Part shown: piece by piece, positions 35,916 through 45,560 of the stretch
Position numbering within the stretch: position 1 is the first letter of the stretch
Layout: the number at the start of each line of letters is the position of its first letter
Virus record (IMG/VR): IMGVR_UViG_3300044614_001780
Length of the DNA: 64,000 bases
Strand: one strand, 5' to 3'
Origin: a virus
Translations under genes and position numbers: made by a program
The notes under the pieces: generated by a model
The model's input: only the letters and a program-made list of their open reading frames with translations
Databases searched by the model: none
Told to the model about the DNA's origin: nothing

Positions 35916-38196
35916 AGTCTTCTTCTCCTTCTGAACTTAAAATTTCTGCAATTAAATCATCAACAGTTTGCTTTTCCTCCTTTACCTCATCTGTCTTAAT
36001 ATCATATGTATTCTGATAGTAAGAGGTCTTCCAACCATACTTGTATGTTTTGAGGAAGTCATTTGCCATTACAGTCACTGGAACTTCATTATCTGGATAG
36101 TTTTCTGGATTATAACTCCAGTTTCCAGAGATTGCTTGGTCAAAAAACTTTTGCATTACCGAAACAATATTGATATAACCAGTATTGTCTTTCATTTCCC
36201 ACAAAAGAGTATAATTATTCTTCAGTGTGTGATATTGGGGAACAATTTGCTTAAGAGGTCCTTTCTTGGATTTCTTAATGGACAAGAATCCACGAGGAGG
36301 TTCAATTCCATTAGTTGCGTTTGACACAACGGAACTGCTCTCCGATGGCATCTGTGCGGACAGTGTTGAGTGCCTGAGACCGTGTTCCAGGATAGATGCT
36401 CTAAGAGTTTCCCAATCATGCTGATAATTAATGGATGAAATTTCGTCTACATCTTTTTTGTAAGTATCAATGGGAAGAATTCCATCGGCATACTTAGTGC
36501 GATTAAAGTACCCACATGCTCCCTTCTCTTTTGCAATTTGGTTGGAAGATTTCAGTAGATAGTATTGGAAACTCTCAGAAAGTCCATGGATTGCATCCCA
36601 TGCCTCTTGAGAATCATAATTAAATCCAAGTTTAGCAAGGTAGTGTGCAAGTCCGATGTAACCAATACCAAGAGACCTACGTGCTTTAGTTGATTTTTCT
36701 GCAGCAACTACTGGATATTCTTGATAGTCAATCAACTCTTCCAGACCACGAACAGAAAGATCGCAAAGTTCTTCAAACTCATCATCAGATTTAACTTTTC
36801 CCACATTTACAGCAGAAAGAATACACAAAGCAATCTCACCATCAGGGTCATCAATGTGTTGTAGTGGTTGAGTTGGAAGTGTAATCTCTTGACAAAGGTT
36901 ACTCATCCATACTTTATCTTTAAAAGAAGAGTGTGAATTGCAATGGTCAATATTCATAATGTAGATACGACCCGTTTCCGCACGTTCCTTAAGGAGGTCA
37001 AGAATAAGTTCCTGTGCTTTAATAGTTTTTTTCTTAATGGACGGATTCTTTTCATACGAAACATAGAGATCGTCAAACTCAGGGAGTCCGAAAGAATCAT
37101 AAAGTCCAGGTACGTCGTGGGGACTGAAGAGAGTAATCTCTTCATCTTTGATGAACCTTTCATAGAACAACTTAGTAATTTGAATAGAGTAGTCAAGTTT
37201 ACGAACTCGATTATCTTCAGTACCCTTATTATTTTTAAGAACTAGAATGTCTTCGATTTCTTGGTGCCAGATTGGGAAGTGGACAGTTGCTGATCCACCT
37301 CGGATGCCATTTTGAGTGCAGCATCGGACAGTGCTTTCAAACTTTTTGAGGAATGGAACAACACCTGTGTGCTGAACTTCTCCGCCTCTGATTTTAGAGT
37401 TGATACCACGGATGCGACCTGCGTTGATGCCGATGCCCGCCCTTTGTGCAACGTATCTGCCGATAGCCATATCAGAACTAAAGATGCTATCGAGGGTGTC
37501 ATCAGAATCAACAAGAACACAGCTAGCAAATTGTCGAAGTGGAGTTCGCACTCCTGCCATGATAGGTGTGGGAATGTTGATTTTGTGCTTTGAGATTGCG
37601 TCATAGTACCTCCTGACATATGACATTCTGGTTTCTTTTGGATATTGCGAGAAAATAGTCGCAGCAATCATCATGTACATAAATTGTGGGGTCTCATAGA
37701 CCTTTCCACTACTTCTATCTTGCACGAGGTACTTATCAACGACTTGACGTAGACCTGCATAAGTGAACAAGTAGTCACGATTATGATGGATATACGAACC
37801 AAGTCTATTAAGTTCTTCCTCAGTGTAGTTGTTGAGAATTTCTGCATCATAAACACCAATGCTTACGCATTTTTTAATATGCTCCAAAAATGTAGGATGC
37901 TCCTGAACTCTACCGTACAGGGACTTTCTAACAGAAAAAAGGAGAAGTCTTGCTGCAACAAATTGATAATTTGGATTTTCCAAATCAATCAAGTCAGAAG
38001 CAGAACGAATTAGAATCTCTTGAATTTCTGCAGTTGTAATTCCATCATAAAATTGAATGCCAGATTGCATCTCAACTTGAGAAGCAGATACTCCTGCCAA
38101 ATCTTTACAAGCTTCATCAACCATCAAGTGAATTTTATTCAAATCCAAAGATTCCACTCGACCGTTTCTTTTAATAACTTTTGTCCCGTTGCTCAT
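35896..38196 (-). CDS. nrdA: Ribonucleotide reductase class Ia alpha subunit (ATP cone, no intein)
   Basis: VIKRNG, FASC, SNLCQEI and C-terminal CESCKI. Confidence 0.98.
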   Translation of the reverse strand: MSNGTKVIKRNGRVESLDLNKIHLMVDEACKDLAGVSASQVEMQSGIQFYDGITTAEIQEILIRSASDLIDLENPNYQFVAARLLLFSVRKSLYGRVQEHPTFLEHIKKCVSIGVYDAEILNNYTEEELNRLGSYIHHNRDYLFTYAGLRQVVDKYLVQDRSSGKVYETPQFMYMMIAATIFSQYPKETRMSYVRRYYDAISKHKINIPTPIMAGVRTPLRQFASCVLVDSDDTLDSIFSSDMAIGRYVAQRAGIGINAGRIRGINSKIRGGEVQHTGVVPFLKKFESTVRCCTQNGIRGGSATVHFPIWHQEIEDILVLKNNKGTEDNRVRKLDYSIQITKLFYERFIKDEEITLFSPHDVPGLYDSFGLPEFDDLYVSYEKNPSIKKKTIKAQELILDLLKERAETGRIYIMNIDHCNSHSSFKDKVWMSNLCQEITLPTQPLQHIDDPDGEIALCILSAVNVGKVKSDDEFEELCDLSVRGLEELIDYQEYPVVAAEKSTKARRSLGIGYIGLAHYLAKLGFNYDSQEAWDAIHGLSESFQYYLLKSSNQIAKEKGACGYFNRTKYADGILPIDTYKKDVDEISSINYQHDWETLRASILEHGLRHSTLSAQMPSESSSVVSNATNGIEPPRGFLSIKKSKKGPLKQIVPQYHTLKNNYTLLWEMKDNTGYINIVSVMQKFFDQAISGNWSYNPENYPDNEVPVTVMANDFLKTYKYGWKTSYYQNTYDIKTDEVKEEKQTVDDLIAEILSSEGEEDCESCKI

Positions 38197-39194
38197 ACTC
38201 GTTTCCAACCAATAAGTTTTGTTTTTGCTTCTAACCCCATAAAGGTATTTTCTTTTACGATTTTGTTGACATCAATGCCTTCAAGTATCATATCATTGAT
38301 ATCCTTTTCTTTCAAGTCATTTGGCCAAATTACAATAGGAAATTTGGAATCAATTGCCTTTTCCATTCTCTGAATGATTTGCTTATTTCGTTTTTCATTA
38401 TCATAAACCATCACAAAGTCTGATTCGAAATTAGTAATAAAAAACATATAGTCTAAATCTGCTCCAACCATAGCAATTGTATTATCTAAAAACATACTAT
38501 CGATTGGTCCTTCAACGACATATACAGTCTTGTTAAAATCTGCTTTATCTAAACCATATATTTTTGGATGGCTGTCGTCTAGGATAATTGTAATGTATTT
38601 GACTTTTGAATTCTTATTCAGACTGCGACCTTGAAACCCGAAGATTTTTCCGTGATTGATAAGAGGAATGATGATTCTTGGTTCGTCGTTGTCCAAATTA
38701 TCGAATGTGTGCTTCTGAGTGTTTGTCCACTCTTTGAAGTTTTGACAAAAATACAATTCACGAAAATATTCTTTTGGAATTTTTCTGTTCTCTAGATATT
38801 GTCTTGCCAAGTGTTCTTTATTTAGTTCTGCTATAGTAGGTAGGTCAAAAGACTTTTTTGAAAAGTTAGGTTTTTCAAACTTAAATTCTGGAGTCTTTGT
38901 TTGACTTCCCTTTCCTGTTAGACCATTCTTATATCTCTCCATCACATACTGGTCATACAGAACAGTATCAATATCCTTCAGGAAGTTTGTAAACGTCCTA
39001 GAAACCCCACAATTATGGCATTTGAAGTTGTGGTCATTCTTCAGTTTATACAAGTATCCCCGTGCCTTATTCTTAGTCCTCTGACTATCTCCACAATAAG
39101 GACAACGAAAATTATACAAACCTTCTTTTTTTCTAGCGAACTTATGCAGTCGGGAAGAAACCAACCCGATATATTTGGAATCAATAAAACTCAT
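38193..39194 (-). CDS. gp61: DNA primase
   Basis: CPYCGDS..CHNC Zn finger, FQGR and VEGPIDS motifs. Confidence 0.96.
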   Translation of the reverse strand: MSFIDSKYIGLVSSRLHKFARKKEGLYNFRCPYCGDSQRTKNKARGYLYKLKNDHNFKCHNCGVSRTFTNFLKDIDTVLYDQYVMERYKNGLTGKGSQTKTPEFKFEKPNFSKKSFDLPTIAELNKEHLARQYLENRKIPKEYFRELYFCQNFKEWTNTQKHTFDNLDNDEPRIIIPLINHGKIFGFQGRSLNKNSKVKYITIILDDSHPKIYGLDKADFNKTVYVVEGPIDSMFLDNTIAMVGADLDYMFFITNFESDFVMVYDNEKRNKQIIQRMEKAIDSKFPIVIWPNDLKEKDINDMILEGIDVNKIVKENTFMGLEAKTKLIGWKRV

Positions 39195-39206
39195 TTCAAA
39201 GGGGGT

Positions 39207-39644
39207 TCACTTTGCTCTCTCTATGCTACTCGAATATGGAGAGGGTGTCAATTGCGAATTCCCTATGAACTTGGGAACAAAGGCATTGAAGACGGTGACT
39301 GCGATAACTGCAACAGCAGCAACACCACCAACTTGCCATCTAAACTTAACTAAATCTTCTATTTTCTGTTCTATCTTTTCAATCTTTCTTGCAATTTCTT
39401 GCTGGTCCTTTTCATTCTCGTCTTTAATCTCATCAATCATCCTGACAAGAAGTTCGTCGGTTTTCATACTTTGTTCAATTCTTTCATCGTGCTTAGCAAG
39501 AATAGTAGCAATTCTATTGTTCCCTTCCGATATCTTTTCTACTGCTGCTTCCAGTTTGCTCAGCATCTCACGAGATAAATCCTCATAAATGCCAAGTTTC
39601 GATTCAAGAACTGCTAATTTTGAATCCTGAGAAAATACTGCCAC
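39207..39644 (-). CDS. Coiled-coil protein with C-terminal TM
   Basis: GTG start overlapping the upstream TAG. Confidence 0.75.
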   Translation of the reverse strand: MAVFSQDSKLAVLESKLGIYEDLSREMLSKLEAAVEKISEGNNRIATILAKHDERIEQSMKTDELLVRMIDEIKDENEKDQQEIARKIEKIEQKIEDLVKFRWQVGGVAAVAVIAVTVFNAFVPKFIGNSQLTPSPYSSSIERAK

Positions 39645-39841
39645 TATCCTTGTCTCCAAAGTTTTCTAGAGTTTTTTTGATAGATATACTTCTTCTTTCT
39701 TCCAGTCAATCTAACTGGAGGATTTCCTGGGTCTGCCTCTGGAGTTCCCGCAATATTTCCACTTCCAACATTATTAGTTGGAAGTGCCCCAAGTTCTTCT
39801 CTTATATAAAAAATGATTTTATCCAGGAGTTCTCTTTTCAT
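39644..39841 (-). CDS. Small hypothetical protein (REE..PTNNVG motif)
   Basis: Coupled ORF. Confidence 0.7.
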   Translation of the reverse strand: MKRELLDKIIFYIREELGALPTNNVGSGNIAGTPEADPGNPPVRLTGRKKKYIYQKNSRKLWRQG

Positions 39842-40213
39842 TTAAATACAATCTAATTGTTGCATACAATTATCATCAATTTTAATATCATGAATAACTG
39901 TGTGTGGATATTCAGGAAGTCTATCCAAATAAACAATAAAAGTTTTCAGAACAGTCCAAAATTCTTCATCAATTTTATAAAATAAAAGTGGAGTTGCTGC
40001 ATCACCAAAAACATTATAAAGTATAATGAAATGATTAATTAAAAGATGAATTTTTAATTCTCCATCTTTTTTATATCTTCTAAGTAATTTTTTTATCCAC
40101 TTAAATCTCTTCAAATCATCATAAAAATCTTCCTTGGTTACTGCCTGAGGATTTTCGTAATGTTTAATTGCAAAAAGAATATAATTATCTTCATTCAATT
40201 CATCAAATCTCAT
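39842..40213 (-). CDS. Conserved T4-like hypothetical protein
   Basis: FAIKHYENP..EDFYDDLKRFK..LLINH.I.LYNVFG. Confidence 0.85.
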   Translation of the reverse strand: MRFDELNEDNYILFAIKHYENPQAVTKEDFYDDLKRFKWIKKLLRRYKKDGELKIHLLINHFIILYNVFGDAATPLLFYKIDEEFWTVLKTFIVYLDRLPEYPHTVIHDIKIDDNCMQQLDCI

Positions 40214-40223
40214 ACTTCATAAA

Positions 40224-40742
40224 TTATGGAAGGAACTTGCTATCGTCTGCTGCATCACCACCAGTACCAGTAGTGCTTGCTACACCAGTTGTAATACCAG
40301 ACATAGCAACAAGAACTTCATGCTTGACTCTAAGGTTGCCGTGAGTGTCTATGTATGTAGTAACTCCAACCCATCCACCATGAGTTACAGAATAAGCAGT
40401 TGTTCTTGCTACACCAACTTCATCTTCAGAAACACCAAAAATCTCTGTTGAAGAATAATTTGGGTCCCAAAGAGTATACTTTGGTCTCTGGGATGCAGTC
40501 CACTGCTGTCCAGAAATTGCTGCACCACTCAAATATTGAGTTGATGCAATCGAAATAACAGTATTTGAGGTAATTCCAGATACAACTGCTTGCCCAAAAG
40601 TATTACCTGTTCCAATTGAAATAATATCACCAACACTCAATGCTGTGAAAGTAGTACCAGTTCCAGTTACAGTTTTATTTGTATAATTTACTGCAATGGT
40701 TCCAGCAGAATAAATGTCGTCTTTTTTACCCCAGAGTGCCAT
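40224..40742 (-). CDS. Putative virion structural protein
   Basis: MALWG start, Thr/Gly-rich, HGGWV...KHEVLVAM; TATAAATA at 40778-40785. Confidence 0.75.
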   Translation of the reverse strand: MALWGKKDDIYSAGTIAVNYTNKTVTGTGTTFTALSVGDIISIGTGNTFGQAVVSGITSNTVISIASTQYLSGAAISGQQWTASQRPKYTLWDPNYSSTEIFGVSEDEVGVARTTAYSVTHGGWVGVTTYIDTHGNLRVKHEVLVAMSGITTGVASTTGTGGDAADDSKFLP

Positions 40743-40798
40743 CTTGTTCTTTTCCGTAAAAAATTTTTTCCTAAAGGTATTTATAAAAAGGGCAAATA

Positions 40799-40960
40799 TT
40801 ATTTTTTGCCCCGCATTAAAACAAATCTTAAAAAGTTTTTAGTTAAATCAAGTAATCCATTCTCCTCAAATCTTTTTGTTTTTGCTAACCATTCGGAAGC
40901 AGTTAACAATAGACCAAGAACAATTGTTACTCCCCAGTTAGTTACAAAGCAGGTAATCAT
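40799..40960 (-). CDS. Small holin-like membrane protein (53 aa)
   Basis: MITCFVTNWGVTIVLGLLLTASEWLAKTKRFEENGLLD...; not in the ORF track. Confidence 0.6.
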   Translation of the reverse strand: MITCFVTNWGVTIVLGLLLTASEWLAKTKRFEENGLLDLTKNFLRFVLMRGKK

Positions 40961-41130
40961 GCTTGTGGTGTAAAGAGTTTATCCTTTACCATTTCATAAA
41001 CTACATTATCAATGCTGTTATCTGTGCTATCAACATACTTCTTGAGCAGGTCAAGAACAAGTTGCTTAACTGCTGGACTTGTAGCAATTTGAAGAAGAAG
41101 TGGTTTTAAGACCGCAACTACTGCACCCAT
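40957..41130 (-). CDS. Small hypothetical protein
   Basis: GGAGGG RBS; late promoter at 41159-41164. Confidence 0.75.
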   Translation of the reverse strand: MGAVVAVLKPLLLQIATSPAVKQLVLDLLKKYVDSTDNSIDNVVYEMVKDKLFTPQA

Positions 41131-41189
41131 GATGCCCTCCATGAGGTAATTCAAATAATATTTATTATAAAAAATTATTTTTTAATGAT

Positions 41190-42779
41190 TTACCATTTAA
41201 CTTTGTTTGCCCAATAAGCAGCAGACATTTTTCCCTTTTTAATATTTTTTGCATGTCTTGTTTGAAATCTATGACGACGACTTGCATATTTCTTAGATTC
41301 TCCCTTTTTCTTGGGAGAACCCTTTACACCAAGTTGACCAAAACGAATTAATCTTTCTTTACCACCTTCACATGCCTTTACGACATGGGATTTTCCAGTT
41401 TCACCAGAACCATGTGCCTCAGCTCTAGGCTTATTGCACTTCATTTCAGACTTTTTTGACTCCTCTATTTCAACCCCCTCTCCAATTATACCATTGATTA
41501 GTTGTGAATTTTTTCTTCTTTTTGCATTTTCAAGTGCCTTTAATACCATTAGCATTAAAATTTTTTTTTTATCTAATTCTTCAGAAAGTTTTTCATCACT
41601 CTGCATATACTCAGAGGCAGTATCAATATAATCTGCAGCTCTGGTAATTTTCGATTGAACCCAGGCAGGCATTTGTGTATCTGCCTTCTTTATTTTTTTA
41701 CGAAGTGCCTTAATTGCTCTCTCCATTTGATCCAATTCAACATTTGCCATATAACCTTCATCATCTTTCTTTTTACCACTAGCAATTTCATTATGGTCTT
41801 CCATAATTCGTGGATTCATCTCAATTTTATTTTTTCCTTTCATCACATCGATAATTTTTTTCTTGGAAATCTTTTCTTTATTTCCACCTTTTTCCTCAAT
41901 TTCAAATAAAAACTCTTCTTTCCAATTTGAATACTCTTCCATTCTTGCTTGAATTAAATTAGTTTTCAACTTTTTATTTTGCCTTGCTTTTTGACCGAGA
42001 GTTGGTTCTGTTCTCGAACCTTCTGCAGGACCAGCAGTTCTTCTTTCTCCCTCAGATGAAGGTTTCAGCATTTTCCTCTTATCCACCCCATAAGGAAGTT
42101 GTGGTCTATCTGGAGATGGTTGTCCAATTCTCTTTGCTGGTTGACCAACTCTAAATCCACCTTCAGAAGAAGCAGGAAGTCTCCTTCTTTTACTTATTAG
42201 TTTTCCTGGGGGAAGAGCCTTTCTTTCCGAAGAATCAACATTTTTTGGACCAGTTTCTCTAGACTCTTCTCTTTTTGGTCTTCCTGGTTTTCCTAAATCT
42301 TTTTTCTCATTTTGTTTTTTCAGGGAGTCTTTTGCTTCTTTTTTCTTTTGGAGTGCCTTTGCCCCATGGTAAGCACCCTTTGCCAATCCAGCAGCAAGAG
42401 ATCCTAGATTTTCAATTGCCTTGGAATGTGCGGTAAGTTCTGGGTCTTTATATCCAATTTTTTGCACCTTTACACTTGCTAAAGCCTTTTTTGCCTTAGC
42501 ACCTTCAGTTTCTGCTGCTTCTTTCCCTTTTTCTAACTGCCTCTTTTTTTGATCTTCGTATTTTTGTTTTTTAAATTCAAGTTGTTGTTGAAGATACTTG
42601 GTATAATTAGATGACTCCTCCTTGCCCTTACCCTTTGCTTTCTTATTTTTCTTTTGCTCAGACTCCAAGGCTTCTCTTCCTTTTTTGTTTATTTCGGAAG
42701 AAGTTAACTTTTTTCCATCCTTTTTGGATGTTCTTTCATATTTTTTATCTTCAAAGATATACTTTTCCCAGTAGGTCAT
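41190..42779 (-). CDS. Basic modular late protein, putative internal head polyprotein
   Basis: MTYWEKYIFE start; EEYSNWKEEF, IMED, LSEE and VEIEE linkers; PAWVQSKI and SAAYWA..KW modules; TATAAATA at 42809-42816. Confidence 0.7.
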   Translation of the reverse strand: MTYWEKYIFEDKKYERTSKKDGKKLTSSEINKKGREALESEQKKNKKAKGKGKEESSNYTKYLQQQLEFKKQKYEDQKKRQLEKGKEAAETEGAKAKKALASVKVQKIGYKDPELTAHSKAIENLGSLAAGLAKGAYHGAKALQKKKEAKDSLKKQNEKKDLGKPGRPKREESRETGPKNVDSSERKALPPGKLISKRRRLPASSEGGFRVGQPAKRIGQPSPDRPQLPYGVDKRKMLKPSSEGERRTAGPAEGSRTEPTLGQKARQNKKLKTNLIQARMEEYSNWKEEFLFEIEEKGGNKEKISKKKIIDVMKGKNKIEMNPRIMEDHNEIASGKKKDDEGYMANVELDQMERAIKALRKKIKKADTQMPAWVQSKITRAADYIDTASEYMQSDEKLSEELDKKKILMLMVLKALENAKRRKNSQLINGIIGEGVEIEESKKSEMKCNKPRAEAHGSGETGKSHVVKACEGGKERLIRFGQLGVKGSPKKKGESKKYASRRHRFQTRHAKNIKKGKMSAAYWANKVKW

Positions 42780-42807
42780 TTTAAGTTAAGAAGTTCCCTT
42801 TATATCT

Positions 42808-43962
42808 TTATTTATAGTTTTTGCGGGAAATATGAGATTTCTTTTTTTTACTTGCAGAGAAATCTCGAACCTTTTCTCCTGGGGTAATCCCCTGAACATA
42901 ATTTAAATACTCAAGAGTACCTATCTCATGAACTTCTCTAACATCTCTTAACCAACTCTTAAACATGAGATTGTCTTCTGTTACACAAATCAAATAATTT
43001 GCACCTCTTCTAATAATTTTACCAATCAATCCACTATTTACATTTTCAACAAAAGTACCAACTTCAAAAAGATTATTGTTTTTATAATTCCATCTCAACC
43101 CATCATAGTCAAACTCTGGTTCTATTCTCCAAGCCTCAGTTGACTCATTAACTTTCATGGATTTTCTAAGAGTATTAAACATCTCTTCTTTTTCTCTCTG
43201 ATCCATATTAATTGGGAGACCTGCCTCAAATTTGTAAAAATCTCCCATAGCAACTGCAGCTTTCATAAGAGCAGAAGAACCAGGGGATTCTACCTCGCTA
43301 TCTGGGTCCTTTACTCCTGCAGTGATTACTTCCAAATTAGAAAATTCATATCCCTGTCCTTCTGCTTTATGAGCCAAACTTTGAAATTCTCCAAGTCTTT
43401 CTTGCCCAACAACTAAAGTAACATCAGTATACCCATCAGAATATACAGATTCAAGAATATCAAATATTGTTCTAGCATCTTCACTATCAACAATGTATTC
43501 CTCGTAATCAGGAAACATTGATTTCATATAAGCAATCTTTAAAGTGGGGTTTAGTGGATTTGAAGAAGAATCTTGTATTCTACTTGGGTATATTCTATAT
43601 TCAAATCCTTTTCGTTTTGCCTGAGAAAATCCTGCTTTTAGCAATTGCTCATGATTTTTTGATGGGGGATTAAATCTTCCAAGAACAACAACAACTCCTT
43701 TTGGTTCTTGTTCCTGTGTTTGTTGCTGTGTTTGATTCTGGTAGTTGGCACTAACTTTTTCTTCTTCACCAGGAATACCATCTACAGATTTCGAATCACC
43801 TTGCCCATAAAACTTTAGTTTACCATTAACAGTTTTTGCAACAAAATTTCCTTGATTGTCATACCAATCTCCATGACCATTACCTACAAGTCCACGGTTC
43901 TTTGCCTCAGTAGATGCTAAGGTCTCTACTGCCTCGTTAAAAAATTTAGCAAAAGTCTTCAT
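42808..43962 (-). CDS. Cytidylyltransferase-like (HIGH-superfamily) protein with capsid-targeting-like N-terminus
   Basis: MKTFAKFFNE; GRFNPPSKNH, VVGQER and SSALMK motifs; late promoter at 43981. Confidence 0.8.
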   Translation of the reverse strand: MKTFAKFFNEAVETLASTEAKNRGLVGNGHGDWYDNQGNFVAKTVNGKLKFYGQGDSKSVDGIPGEEEKVSANYQNQTQQQTQEQEPKGVVVVLGRFNPPSKNHEQLLKAGFSQAKRKGFEYRIYPSRIQDSSSNPLNPTLKIAYMKSMFPDYEEYIVDSEDARTIFDILESVYSDGYTDVTLVVGQERLGEFQSLAHKAEGQGYEFSNLEVITAGVKDPDSEVESPGSSALMKAAVAMGDFYKFEAGLPINMDQREKEEMFNTLRKSMKVNESTEAWRIEPEFDYDGLRWNYKNNNLFEVGTFVENVNSGLIGKIIRRGANYLICVTEDNLMFKSWLRDVREVHEIGTLEYLNYVQGITPGEKVRDFSASKKKKSHISRKNYK

Positions 43963-43999
43963 TATTACTTGGTTTTTAAATATTTATTTGTATAATAAT

Positions 44000-44926
44000 T
44001 TATTCAATATCCAAAACAATAGAAGATGCGGGAGCAATTAATGTTTTAGATTTCGTAGCATCAAGAATTGCTTTCTTTAACATTTCTGGAAGTTGCTGCT
44101 TTTCTCGTATTTGAACCCTAGCACCAATATCACCTTTTGATAAAGATTTAGAGAATATTCTAAGAAATCCGTCTTTTGTCCTAAGAGCATTTCCTCTTGA
44201 ATCCCATAACGAAAAAAATTGATCTGCTCTTCTTTTTCTAATAACCAAATATAAAGTTTCACCAGAATTAACCATATTGGATGTACTTAAAATATCACAA
44301 TCATTTATTGTTATGATTTTAGAAGTTGTATCTTTTGACATAGAATTAGCAGTTCCATTCAAAATATAATAATTTATAGGACCTCCAACATTTGAAGCAG
44401 TAAATATATTAAGTCTCATAGAATCAGGTATTTTAATGTAAATATCTGGAATTATTATAGATTTTAATTTATCATATTCTGCTTTTATATTGTCCTTAGT
44501 TGTATTATCTAAGGGAGAATTAATTGAATTTTTTTGAATATCTTTAATTAAATAGTCTCCAATTTTATCCATAATTTTATTTTTTTGTGGAGTATAATAA
44601 GCATTAAGTTGTTCTGCAACTTTTCTCAATGCTTTATTCATCCACGATTTCATTTCTATATCATCTACAAAACTTTTTAATCCAGCACCAGCAAAGTTAA
44701 TGGGATTATGCTGCTTGCAAGAAATTTTGTAACTACTACCTGAAGAAGTTGAGACTATTAAATCTGCTGCGGATCTGTCTCCCAATGGATCTTCCATAAT
44801 ATCAGAAACATCTTTAATTTGAAATCCATTTTTTCCTTTTATGGAAATTGGACCTCCAGTTGTAGAAATAAACTTTTTAACTTCTCTCAAAATATTAGTT
44901 TCTTGAGCAGACCTATTGCCAGACAT
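44000..44926 (-). CDS. Putative PD-(D/E)XK endonuclease
   Basis: QE...AADLIV...KISCK pattern; very AT-rich. Confidence 0.55.
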   Translation of the reverse strand: MSGNRSAQETNILREVKKFISTTGGPISIKGKNGFQIKDVSDIMEDPLGDRSAADLIVSTSSGSSYKISCKQHNPINFAGAGLKSFVDDIEMKSWMNKALRKVAEQLNAYYTPQKNKIMDKIGDYLIKDIQKNSINSPLDNTTKDNIKAEYDKLKSIIIPDIYIKIPDSMRLNIFTASNVGGPINYYILNGTANSMSKDTTSKIITINDCDILSTSNMVNSGETLYLVIRKRRADQFFSLWDSRGNALRTKDGFLRIFSKSLSKGDIGARVQIREKQQLPEMLKKAILDATKSKTLIAPASSIVLDIE

Positions 44927-44930
44927 GAAA

Positions 44931-44964
44931 AATCCCCATTTTCTTTTATTTAGAAATGGGGATT
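44931..44964 (-). promoter_or_regulatory. RBS-occluding hairpin with a late promoter in its loop
   Basis: AATCCCCATTT/AAATGGGGATT 11-bp stem; TAAATA at 44947-44952; GGGGA SD in the 3' arm. Confidence 0.7.
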
Positions 44965-44968
44965 AATG

Positions 44969-45151
44969 TTATTCTGCCTTATCTACCACCTGACCAATTG
45001 CATCATCCAGGTCAGTAATCACTTCACGAATATTAAAAATACGAGGAGGAACTGTATTAACATCGTTAGTATATCCTTTCTGTGATTCAAATAGTACTTG
45101 TCGAACTGCAGCAGCAGAACGGACATTCATTTCGAGTTTTACTTTACTCAC
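44969..45151 (-). CDS. Small conserved hypothetical protein
   Basis: Coupled to mazG. Confidence 0.7.
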   Translation of the reverse strand: MSKVKLEMNVRSAAAVRQVLFESQKGYTNDVNTVPPRIFNIREVITDLDDAIGQVVDKAE

Positions 45152-45558
45152 AGGTCTCCCTCCTCACGATTTTCAGAATAGTACACATCAAATGCACCAC
45201 CAGGATAACGTTTCTCCAATTTTTTCACATTGCGAGCAATTACTTCATCAAAAGAAACTTCAAGTGCCATACAAGCTTGAGCAACATACCACATCAAATC
45301 ACCCAGTTCAAGCAAAAGATGTTCTTTATTATCTGCATTCCAAGGTTTACCTTGGAAAATCATCTTCTTGATAATTTCAAGGAACTCTCCCCCTTCTGCA
45401 TTAATTCCAACACCAGCAGTTAGAAGACGTTCAATATTAGCACCCTTTTCATCTAACTCAACCATTCGGTCTGCCAAAGAAACAAACTCCCTGGAAGCAT
45501 CAGAGGTTACTGCATCTACAAATTCTTGATACTTAGCAAAATCAACTTGTTTCGTCAT
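45148..45558 (-). CDS. mazG: MazG-like nucleotide pyrophosphohydrolase
   Basis: AEGGEFLEIIKK, ELGDLMWY and KLEKRY motifs. Confidence 0.93.
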   Translation of the reverse strand: MTKQVDFAKYQEFVDAVTSDASREFVSLADRMVELDEKGANIERLLTAGVGINAEGGEFLEIIKKMIFQGKPWNADNKEHLLLELGDLMWYVAQACMALEVSFDEVIARNVKKLEKRYPGGAFDVYYSENREEGDL

Positions 45559-45560
45559 AT

